A stretch of DNA of 64,000 bases from a virus: IMG/VR virus record IMGVR_UViG_3300033146_001382, positions 32,001-96,000 of that record; one strand, given 5' to 3'. A model generated the notes under the pieces. That model searched no databases and was not told the origin of the DNA. It saw nothing but the letters and a program-made list of their open reading frames with translations. Shown one piece after another: positions 38,201-50,200 of the stretch (position 1 is the first letter of the stretch; each line of letters opens with the position of its first letter). Made by a program: the position numbers and the translations under genes.

Positions 38201-41200
38201 CAGGAGAGCGTGGACTAGATGTAGTAGCTAGACGATTGCAGTCTATTGTAAATGCAGCAAATAAGGTAGATAGTGTTAAGGGGAAGACTGGAGAAGATGG
38301 CAGTACTAAACGTTGGGATACTATAGCTAGAATAAAGGCTAAATTAAATGATTATAGATCAAGAGTTACTGAGATAGTAGGGCCTGACCCACAAACTAAA
38401 AATTTATCTTCTAATGAGGTTGGTCAACTTGAAGGGATTCTACAGAAACTATTAAAAGTATTAGACCAAGCTCCTGCTGATAATAGAATGCTTTATAGTA
38501 ATCAGAAGTATTTAAGTGGTAGTACAAGGGGTGAGGTTGTTAGGGATATTTATAAGACTAGAGGAGCAGATCAATCTCAAGCTAAAGTATACCAAACTAC
38601 TATAAATAGTGCTGTGGATCAACTTATAGGACCAGATGGAGCCCCAAACCCTAAAATGCCTCAATTTGCACAAAGATATGAACCTGATGCTAATTTATTA
38701 GGAGCTAAAGATGCATTAGGTGTCACTTCACTATCTAATTTTGCACTTAGTTTGGATGTAAAACCTGCTTCTGGAGAGGACAAACTAAAGGACGCATTAA
38801 AATCATTAGAACGCGCAAAAATTGAATATTATAATACATTAGCTAAGTCAGTTCTTGGCAAAACTGGTTCTGTACAGGAATTTTTATTTAATAGAAAACT
38901 GCCCGCTGTTATGGGTAAAGCTATAAATGCTACAGTAGATAAAACTAAAGATTTAGAAACTTTTAGTAAAGAACTTCTTTCTATAAGTAATTCTTCAGGT
39001 GATATAGGTGTAGATTTAAGTTCTTTAAGTGAAGCAGCTAGTACTATAGATGAAATAAAGATAAGTCACGCTAAGAATGTAGAAAAATCTAAAGCTAAAG
39101 GTCTACCCGTCTTGCAACAGCATGAGATAGGGATACCAGAAAATTATGCAGCTAAGCTTCCAACATCTTTTGTAAAGAGATATGATATTAATGAAGGAAG
39201 AGTAAAGGAATTACCAAAACCTATTTTTGAAAAGTCCAACTTAGCGAAAATGTTAACATATAGAGAAGAAGTAAAAGCTGCAATGCCCAGTACTGCTCCA
39301 GATATGCAGACAAAGATGAAAGCTTATCTTTCTTCTGAGTTATCTCCTTATATAGAAAGTTTACGTTTTCCGGTCACTGGGGTCTCTTCTATTCAACCTT
39401 ATGAGGCTAAATTACTTAAACCAAATGAGGACGGTACACGTCAGATGGCTAAGCACTCTTTGATGGTACCAGGAGTACCAGATTTCGATACTAGTAAATT
39501 TGATACTATAAAGGTTAAAGTAGAAGCCGTGATAGAAGGCTTAGTAGAAGATAGGGAAGCAGAATACAATAAAGACACTCCTGATTTGAGTAGAGTAGAC
39601 AAATTAACTACTACTATTTCAAGTTTAGATAAAGCATTATTTGATGTACTACCAAAATATACTGCTGCGCAACAAAATCTAGATTTTGATGGTGATCAAA
39701 TTCAATTACATGCAGCCAAAAAATCATTAGCTAGACAAGAAATAACACAGCATTTTAAAACTATAACAGATTATGATAGCCAAAAAGATACTACTGCTCA
39801 AGCTTTGAGATCTGATTTTACTTATGATGCTTTGATCCCATCTACAGGTAATTATACATTAGCAGAACAACAACTAGCTTTTGAAAAGAAATTTCCATCA
39901 GAAGAAGGTTTTGGTTTCATGACCAAACCTTTCTTAACAAAAGATTTAGAGTATTTGAAACCTGCAGAGCAGCTAGACATTTTAAGTAATTATCCAGGAA
40001 CTGAAGGTGCAGAAGTAACTCCATTAACTGTACTAGATAATTTATTACCAGAGTTATTTAGAAATGCAAAGCAGATGAGTAAAATAATGGAAACTTTAGA
40101 AGCAGTAGTACCAGGTGTAGATGATGAGGGTAAGTCTACTTATAGTAAGGACCTCCTAACTGCTTTAAGCAATATGAAATCTCCAGATGGTAAGACTAAT
40201 GGTACACAGGTTGATGTATTTAAAGAAGGTATAAAAAATAAGTTATACGACACTAAAATGACTAATGCTATTAATGCTAACTTCTTTAAGTTAAATACTG
40301 GACAAGATACTGAGGCACTTAATAGGCAATTAAAACTATTTGAAAGAAATTTAGGTTATGGTGGTGGCCTTATAAGACAAGGTGCAAAATATAATCCAAC
40401 TGAAAACCTAGCTCAAAGGTTTCCATTAGACTTAAAATCAATGGGAAATATTATAGGTGAAGAATTACATACTATGGTTAATGAGTTTGTTCGTTTTGGT
40501 GAACAGAAAGGGCTAGATGTAAAACATGCTGGATCTTTACCAGTAGCTACTGAGATGGCACAATTAATATCACAAGGAAGCTCTGGAGTAAAAAAGTTGA
40601 TTGATAAAATAAATACTAAGGGTGGTTCTTATGGAGAGCTAGCTGATTTTAAGGATGCTAACTATAAAGTTTTAAATCATAGGTTAGGCGCTATGTCTAC
40701 TGAAGATTTATACACAGATGCTACCAAAATTGCAAGTGGTAGAGGAGAACCAACAGCTAAACTTGATTCTAGTAGTAGAGACCAACTAAAAGAGTATATC
40801 ATTAGCTCTATTGGTTTTGAAGGTTTTTTATATGAATTAAGTAATCAAGTTATAGAAGGAGCACAGGAGGGATTAAAAGCAGCTATTAGTACTTGGTCAG
40901 AGTCCAAAAAACAGAAAGAATTTAAAGGTATGAATGAGGATAATTATGTAAAGTCTATTATTAGAAAACAACTTAAAGGTGGTGGGGTAAATATATCAGG
41001 CACCGCTGAAAATCCTTTAATGCCTTTATACAAAATGAGGACTTCTTCAGCTTCAGGGTATGGCCAAAGAAAATTACATATGGATAAGTATGGCGATCCT
41101 GAAGTACCAGAATTAGATGGTATTTTTGAAGGAGATGAAGCCAAAGCTTATGTATCTAAACTTAAAGAGGCAAAAGCTGTGGCAAAGAATATTCAAGATG

Positions 41201-44200
41201 CTTTAACTGATTTTAGTGCTAATAAACTAGGTAATCGTAGAGGCAGCTATAATATGCTTTTAGCTAGTGATATAGACAATATTTACAATGATCAACGTAT
41301 AATCCAAGAGTTAGTAAAATCACTTGAAGGTAAAGAAGATACTATAGAATCTAGTGTAGCGGATAGGTTAAGTGGTAATAGCCCTATGAGTAATTTAGCT
41401 ATTGAGGCATTAAGTAAGCCAAATAACACAGTTAGAAAAGAATTTCTAGAGATTAAGGGTAGAGCTGTATCAGTCCCTAGTATAGGTCAAGAGTCAGCAG
41501 CTATTTCGAACGAGGAGTATATTACCACTGCTTCTATGTTAGCTGAAAGGGATCTACCTATGCCTGTACAAGGTGATACTACTAATAAAGAGTATGCTGC
41601 CATTCTTATCGAGCATGAAAAAGCTGTAGATAAATTAAAAGATAAATACTTAGCTGATGCACTGGTTATAGCTCAAACTGATACAATATTGAAAGCTGCA
41701 ATGAGTAGGGCAGAAGAAATAGGTTTTGTAACTAGATTATTACCCGAGGATGCTAGATCCTACAATGACCGTAGGCAGAGGGTTACTCAAGCAGCTCAGG
41801 AAAGTGCTAATAATGCTAATCAGAGTACTAACACTAATAGTAACTTAGGGGTGGATATACTTCAAAGGTCTATGCCAGCTGGAGGTGCTGGTACTCCAGA
41901 AGGTAGTTTAGTTAAATTTAGTGGAGGCCCGGCAGTTGACGTACGTATTGTAGCTGTAGCTGAGGGAGTAGGTATTTTCTTAGGTAAAACTGCTGGTATA
42001 GCACAGACTACTGAAGAACAACAACCTAGATTTAGTATTTCCTCCGAGTTGGAAGAAAAAATAAAAAAAGCAGAAAATATAGTTAAAGACATAACTGGAG
42101 GGTTGAATAACGCAAAAGGCGATAGTTTTGCTAATAAGTATAGAGCTAGTGGCCTAAAAGGTGGGTATGGTAATCGTCAAATTTCTGAAATAAAAAAACA
42201 AATGCAGGGTTTTCAAGCTAACGAAGACATTTTGGACTCTACCTCTTTATTAGGTACAGGTATTCATGCTAAATTAGAGGGAGGCTACCAGAGTAAGGGG
42301 TATGCTACTGAAAAGCCTGTGAGATACGACTCACCAGAAGGGGAAATTTCAGGCACTGTAGACGCTATTAAATATGAAAATGGTAAAGCCAAACATATAG
42401 TTGATATTAAAACTACTAGTGCTCTTAATTATGAGGATTTACATAGAGGAGTGGCTCGATTCCAAGAGAAGACTGGTAAAAAAACACCTACCTTAGAAGA
42501 GATTAAACCTTATGTAGGGAAAGCCCTGAGTAGTACTAAATTGGATGATGTAGCTTCTCAGTTAAATTTGTATCTCAGAGCTACTAATACTAATGCTAAA
42601 GCATCAGCACATTTCTATAGTAGGGAAGATCCAGACCTAGAACCTATAAAACTAGATCAATTTTTTGATGCAGATAGATTGAAAGCAGATGTTACGGCTA
42701 TAGGACAAGCTAGAAAGGAGATTAAACGTGAAGGTGGTACGTTTGCACCTACAGCTTCTTATGAAGAAGCTAAAATTATAGCTAAAGAAACTAAACCAGT
42801 AACACCAGAAAGAATAGAAGAATTAATTTCTATAGCTACTGAATACTATAATTCAGTTAAGCAGGGGCAACATACACAGAAGAATATGCCAGCTTCTGGT
42901 GGGTTAAGGGATAATGAACTATATACTATAGGTATAAGGGCTAGGGAATACCAAAGCCAATCTAAAGCTTTTGATGATATGGTAAGAGCTACACCTGTAG
43001 TAGAGGGTAAAGAAACTTATAATGTACACCAGAATTTAACAACTTTGCATGAAAGAGCCAGAATTACACAACAAAAAAGAGGTGTAGAGACTTCAGGGCC
43101 TCAATTTAATAAATTCAATGAGGAAGTGCAGAGTAAAATAACCGAAGCCTCAAAAAAAGGACCTGCAGGTGCCGAATTTAGTGCTTTAATAACACATCTT
43201 AAAGATACCTCACAAATTGATGGTAGCAAGATAAATGCAGCATGGAAAGCTTATCGTGTGGCAGTAGGGGATTATTTTGTAAAAGAAATGGCAGAGGCAA
43301 GAAGGCAGCTAACTAATGACTCTGCTAATGATGATAACATTGTACCTCGTTTTGGCGAGTATAGTAAGGTAGTAAAGAATTTCCAACGGTTTGTAAAGCA
43401 AGGTATTGGTAAAAAAACTGATATATACACAGCTAATTCTCAGTATTTTAATCCTGAGTCAGCTAGAGGCGCAGGTGTATATATGGATACTGATGATTTG
43501 ATAAAAAAATCTTCTAAGCCTTTGGGTGAAGACACTAAATTAATTAGTCTTTTTAAACGTATAACCTCATTGGAAGAAAATGAAGTACCTATACCTAGGG
43601 ATGCAATTAGGGATGTACTAGAAGATTTAATGGATATGGATCATGCATTAATTAGCTTGTATACTGATGCTGAATTAGTAGCTAAAATAGGTCCTAAAAT
43701 AAAGAATGGTTGGAGGTTTGACAGACTTAAAGGTGGTTTGTCAAAAATGCGAGCAGCACTTGAGTTACAACTAAATCAACCTGTAAAAGAGTTATATGAT
43801 GAAGACCAAATAGCTTATTTGAAACAGGTATTAAAAGAGTTGAAAAGTCTAGAGACTGTTTATATCGACTTAGATTTAGATACTGACTCATTTGAAAATA
43901 CCCTTGGTGAATATAAATTTCCTACATTAATACCAGTTCCTAAACAATTACCTAGGAATCAGCAATTGGCTTCTCACTATAAGAACGTTGAGGGTTTAAA
44001 ATCTCATTATAGAACTCCAGAAGCTCAAGGTGGTGCAAAAACTGGAGATTCCTTTGTTTATCCTATTAAAACCTATGGTCCAAGTGGTAAACTTATGGAT
44101 AACCAGAGATTTGTTATTTCTAAGTGGGGAGAAACTATTAATTCTGCAGGAGATTCTATACCTGTTTTAAAAAGTAGACTAGATGATTTAAATAAATCAC

Positions 44201-47200
44201 TGGTTGATGGTAATAGAACATTTAGTGTGGCTATAGAAAGGGTAGTTAAGTGGGGAGCTGCTGCTACTTTAGTATATGGTGGGATGAGTTATATTAAAGA
44301 TGCAGTTAACCATATGGCAGATGTAGAGACAGCTATGGCTAGGTTGAGAATGGTGATGAATCCATTAACTACTGATTTTGATGCTCTACAGAAATCAGCA
44401 TTAGGGTTTGCTCAGCAATATGGTGTAGAGACAACAGATGTTTTAGGTAGTATGAAGGTATTTGCTCAGCAGGGGTTATCACAAGGTGAGGTACAAGATA
44501 GGACTCAGACTTCTACATTAGCTGCTAATGTTACTACTTTAAGTGCTACAGATGCTACTGAAGCATTAACTGCTTCTATGAAAGTGTTCAGGTCTGAGGG
44601 CGAAAATTCTATGAGATTTCTAGATTCTTGGAGCCAAGTAGAGGCTAGAGCAGCAATTACAGCTGGAGATCTTGCTGACGCTATAAAAAAATCAGCATCA
44701 GCTGGTAAAAATGCAGGATTTACTTTTGATGAACTAAATGGTATGATAGCTGCTATAGGTTCAGTAACTCGTAAATCAGGTAAAGAGATTGGTACTTCTT
44801 TGAGATTCATTTTTAGACGTATTTCAGCTGATAAAGCTCCTAAAGCTCTTAAAAATGTAGGGGTAAGCACTACTACAGATAAAGGGGAACTTAGGTCTGG
44901 TTTTGCTGTTTTAGGCGACTTAGCTAGTGAGTGGGATAACTTAGCTCAAGCACAAAAATTAAGTATTGCCCAAGCAATAGGTGGTACTCGTCAATATAAT
45001 CAAGTACTAGTTTTAATGGATAATTGGGATCAGGTAGTTAAAAGTTTAGGGGATAGTTTAGACGCCAAAGGTTCAGCCGAGAGACGTAATCTTCAGTTAA
45101 TGAAGACTTATACTAAACAGTTAGAACAAACTAAGGCAGTTTTTTCAGCTTTAAAGATAGAGGTAGGTAAAGTAGTACTACCTAGTTTTAAAGTAGCTAT
45201 GAGTGGTATAAGAGGCCTCATTGAAGTAGTAAATAATGTACCTGAGTCTATAAAACTAGCTGGTGCTGGTATAGTTTTATTCGTAGGTTATATTACTAAG
45301 GGAGCTTCTGCTCTTAATTATATTATAAACATGGTGGATAGAACTAAATTATCGTTTGCTGCCTTAAAGGATGATTTTGCTAAAGGACTTGGGCAAGGTC
45401 TGTTTGAATCTTTTGGTAAAGGTAGTCCTGAGCTAGATTCTAATTTATTTGGATTGTCTAGTTTGGGGGATTCTGGTACTAGGAATATTAATGATATGAC
45501 TAGTTCAATGGGTAAGTTAGCCTTTGGTGTATTAGCAGCAGGGCAAGCTTTTAATAAATTTTCTGGTATAGTAGTTAAAGATACTGGAGGAGCTTCTAAG
45601 GTAGTTGCAAAATACCTAAAGACAGCAGGTAAGTTAGTTTCAGCTGTAGGCACTGGAGCACTTTTAGCGCCAATACCTGGTCCAGTTGATGATATTATAG
45701 GAGGTGCCACTGAGTTCGCTGGGGAAGCTTTAAAAGGGACTGCAGGAACTTTTGATTTCCTAGGTGATACTATGGGTAAAGGGGCCCAAGCATGGATAGA
45801 GAATTTTGCGTCTAGTAACTCTTCTGCCGTAAAGTCAGTAATGCCATTAATGGCAACTCTTGGAGGATTAGCAGCAATGGCACCTATAGTCAGTACTGCT
45901 TTTAAAAATTTAACTCAGACCGCTAAAGATTATAAAGATGAGCAACTGAATAGACTTGAAGTAGATGCTAAAGAAATAGATTCTATACAAGGGCTTATTA
46001 CTTCATATAAAGACCTTCAGTCTCAAAAACAAAGAATCGCAAAATTGTCTACCCCAGAGGAGCAGGCAAAGAATATTAAACAAGGTGACTACAAAAGTCC
46101 GGTGTTTGAAGAAATAGATAGTTTAAAGACTACTAGAAAATTTAATGCTTCCTTAAGTGGTTTAGATTCCAATATGGTTGATGGCTTTGATGAGTTTGGG
46201 CGAGTTATAATTAATAACAAAGGTAATTTAAAGGAATACTTAGAAGAATTAAAACGGGCTAAAACGATTTCTTTGGCCTTGTCAAAAATTAAAATTACTT
46301 CTAGATTTACAGAAGACTTGACTAAGACAGATGGTAATCAAGAGTGGAAGTACCAAGTTCAACAGCTTGCTAAGGAATTCCCTTTAATAGGTGATATGCT
46401 AGCTAAGGGTATATCAGTAGGGCCTAAGAAAGCTTTGGAAGTGTTACAAACTGAGCTAACTCAGCTTTTAGACGCAAAAGCTGAAAATCCTATGTCCACA
46501 GCGTTTGATCAAGATATAAAGACAGCACTTACTGCTCATTCTAAAATACTGAAAACATTTGCTTCTGAATACTCTGAAATTTCTAAAACTTTAAGTGGTA
46601 TTAGTATTAGTGGTACTACTTTATCTGATGTAACTAATTTATTTAATTCAGGGGATGCCTTGGCTACTTTTGATTTACAAGCAGCATATGAAGATAAATA
46701 CAATATTGCTAGTGTGAAAGGTACTGTTAGTGGTAAGGATATAGCGGCATCCAAAATACTATCTACCCAAGCAGGTGGAAATTCATCATATGTAGAGGCT
46801 TCTCGCTTATTAACAGAGAATAATTTATTTAGTGCAGGTAGGCTACCTAGAGCTCCAGATGCTACTGGAAATATTTCAGTAGAGAATAATGATTTTGTAA
46901 CACTCAATAAGGATTTTGCTAAAGCGCATAATATAGCTACCGAACAAGCTATTTTAATAATAGATAAAAATAACCATACGTTTCTGCAGTATATAGATTC
47001 TATTTCTGGTGCACCTAAGACTAAAAAGATTTCTAAATGGGATCTAGCGAGAGCTGCCAGGGGATTTTTTCCAGCAGAGGCTATCTTACGAAAAACTAAA
47101 GCAGATATAACTAAATTAAATACATTCATCTCTGGGGCTTCAGCAGGCTTAATAGGAATTTCTGATAAGGGGTTAAAAAAACGTCAATTTAGTTTAGGAG

Positions 47201-50200
47201 AGAAATTTTTTGACCAGGTGTCTACTGATACTTTGTTACAATCTAATAAGGGTTTTGATATTACTAATAGAACTTTTGGTGAACCTAAGTATAAAGAAAA
47301 TCAGTCAAAAGATTTTATAAAGAAATACTATGATCCATTACAAGAGTACAACTCACTTAAATCAAGGCTAGGTGGGGAGGAGTCAACTCCGAAGGATGGG
47401 GATCGTTTGGGCAGTACTGCTAAAAGGTTTAAAGAGCTACAGGATATACTTAAAAATAACTCTGTTGCATTTCAATATAAAGCTGCAATAGAAGATTTAT
47501 CGAAAACACTTTATGCTGGGGAGCGGGCCATACGTAAAAATATTGAGGCAGAGAAGTCTAGACAGACTATAGACAAAGAGACGTCTGGATTCCTACAGGG
47601 TAAGACTAAAGGGATTAGTTCCCTTAATTTAGGTGTTAGGGATTATAAAGACTTAAATCCACAGCAAAAGGCCTCAGTAAAATTCAAAAGTTATGATAGT
47701 GTAGCTAAAAGTATATTAGTACAAGAGACAAATTTAGAGGGGTTACTTAATAACTATAAAGAGTTAGCCAACACATATGCAGATGTAAAGGAGATAAAGT
47801 TAGTATCTAAGGCATTCGGTGCAGTAATGCAGCCAAAAAGACATACAGAGTTATTATCCGCTATGGATAAAGTAGGTGGGGATAAAGGTACTGCTCAGTT
47901 ATATTTAAAGATGTCAGAGTTAAAATCCCCATTAGATGACATTAATATTAATACAGCTAAAACAGTTGATTTGCTAGATAAAGATAGTGCTAAAGTTACT
48001 AAGGCTAAAAATATAGTAAATTTAAATTTAGAAGAGGCTAATAAAAAGAAATTACGTGGTGAGAGGCTGAATACCTTTAAAACCGAGTTTTCACCTGGAG
48101 TAGTCATTATTAAAAATTTAGATATGTTATTAACTAAAAGAGATTCAGCTGCTAAAGTTGGGGACAAAGCTACTGTAAAAATGTTAGATTCTTATTTGAC
48201 TAAGTCATATGGTAAGCTCATAAAAACGTTTGGTGTAGCAAATACAGTTAAATTAGCTAAAGAACTTTATTATAAGGATGAGACTAGGTCACGTACGTCA
48301 AGGGTTTTAAGTTTAGGTCTCCACGGGTTGGGTACAGACCCTACTAGGTTGACACAGGTGATAGAATCAAAAAAACTTTCTGACGCTGCAAGTGTTGGTA
48401 ATAAATTAACTAAATTATTTTCTAAAGATCATCCTTGGAAGTCCTATATAGATAAAAGATTTACTAACTATACACCTAAAAAGACATCAGAGGCTATGAA
48501 TTTAGAATCTACTTATTCAAAGAAAGCTAAGTCTCCTTGGTTTGCGCCAAAAACTTTTGAAAAGGCACTATTGGTGGGTAATATAGTTACGGCATTTAAA
48601 GGAGCCTCACTTAAAGAGAAAAGAGACACTGTATTAGATAATATAGTTAAATTACAAAAAAGAAAGTCTGCACTATCTACTAATGACGAAACTACTAAAT
48701 CTAGAATTGATGAAGAAATAACTACTAATAAGTCACTTTTAAAAAGGGATTTAGATCCTAAAATTTATTTAAATAATATTCTAAAATCAACTGCTAGAGC
48801 TGCGTTTGTGGCTTATGAGGGTGCTGACACTTTTAAAGTGTCAGCAACCAATAAAGAAAATCTAGCAGTTACTGCTGGTGGCATTTTTATGTTGATGAAG
48901 GGGTTAGAGGGAAAGATAGGAAAAGAAAATATGCCAGAGTATTTTAAGAAATTCTCTAAAAAAGTAGGCCCAGCTTTTACAGAAGCAGCAACATCAGGGG
49001 ATTTTTCTAAAGTTACATCCTTAGGCTCTGACACAAAATCGTTTTTGGGTGAATTTACAGGATCTATGAAAGAGCAGTTTAAGGAATTTAAAGATGGTAG
49101 TAAGTCATCCGGCACAGTTAAAGATGATAGGAGTGATTCTGAAAAATTAAGGGAGTTGTCTAAATTAAAAAAGTCAGAGCAGGCGTTAGCCGATCTTAAA
49201 AAGCAACTATCTGCTGGTAATACAGGGGCACTAAGATCTATTGAAGCAGCACTTTATGCTTTTGGTGGTGTAGCTACATTAGGTTGGAAAGCTTCTAAAG
49301 GTGAAACAGCTGCTAAAATTAAAGATGATAAAAAGTTAGCTGAGGCACAATCAAAAGCTATGCTAGAATATACAATTAAAAATGCATCGGAGGTAGATAA
49401 TTATATACTTAATAATGAAAAATCAAAGAAAGAGAAAAAATCAAATATAGCTGCTAAGCCTGCCGGAAAGCCAGATGACATTATTATGGATACCAATAAA
49501 AATTTTATTGATATTGTAGAAACACTAAAGGCTTCTGGAGGCAGTTATCTAGAGGTAATTAAAAAACTACAAGATGTACTAGGAAATGATAAGTCATTTG
49601 CAAATCTTATAGTAGATGTTACTAGGATTCAATCCTCCTTAGAGAACTTTAGAGGTGAACTTATAAAGACATTCAGTACTTTTGATGATAAGAGAATACT
49701 AGCGCCTATTAGGTCTTTAAATGGTAAATTGACTGGGTTTGGTGGTGATATACAACTACCGGTTAGTGAAAGAGAAATGTCCCCACAACAAAGATTTTAT
49801 GCTGGTGGATCAAAAGAGTTACAGAGTATCTTTACACTAATGTCAAAAGCTGCCATGGTACAAGAAACTAATTTAAGAGCTATTGGTTCTGTAAGATCTG
49901 AAATTAGTACTATTACTCAAAATCTTTCTAAAAGTACTGAATCCGGAGCTTCTGAAAAAGATATAGTTTATTGGGAAGAAGAGTTATTACGACTTAATGC
50001 TATATTAAATAAATTAAAGCAAGATACTGGTAAACTTAATGAACAAACACAGACATTAAGTACTACTATGCGTGCAGCTAATAAATATGCTAATGCTATT
50101 TATAAATTAAATGATGCATTAGAAGACATAACGGTAGATCACATTGTTTCAGGTTTAACAGGTTTAAAGACTTATTTTAAGTCGTTTAATAAATTAATGG

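Noticed and set aside
42135-42720. CRISPR-associated Cas4 or a CRISPR locus
   Set aside because: No repeat-spacer array was seen anywhere in the window and the domain lacks the Cas4 four-cysteine cluster. It is recorded as a generic RecB-family nuclease.
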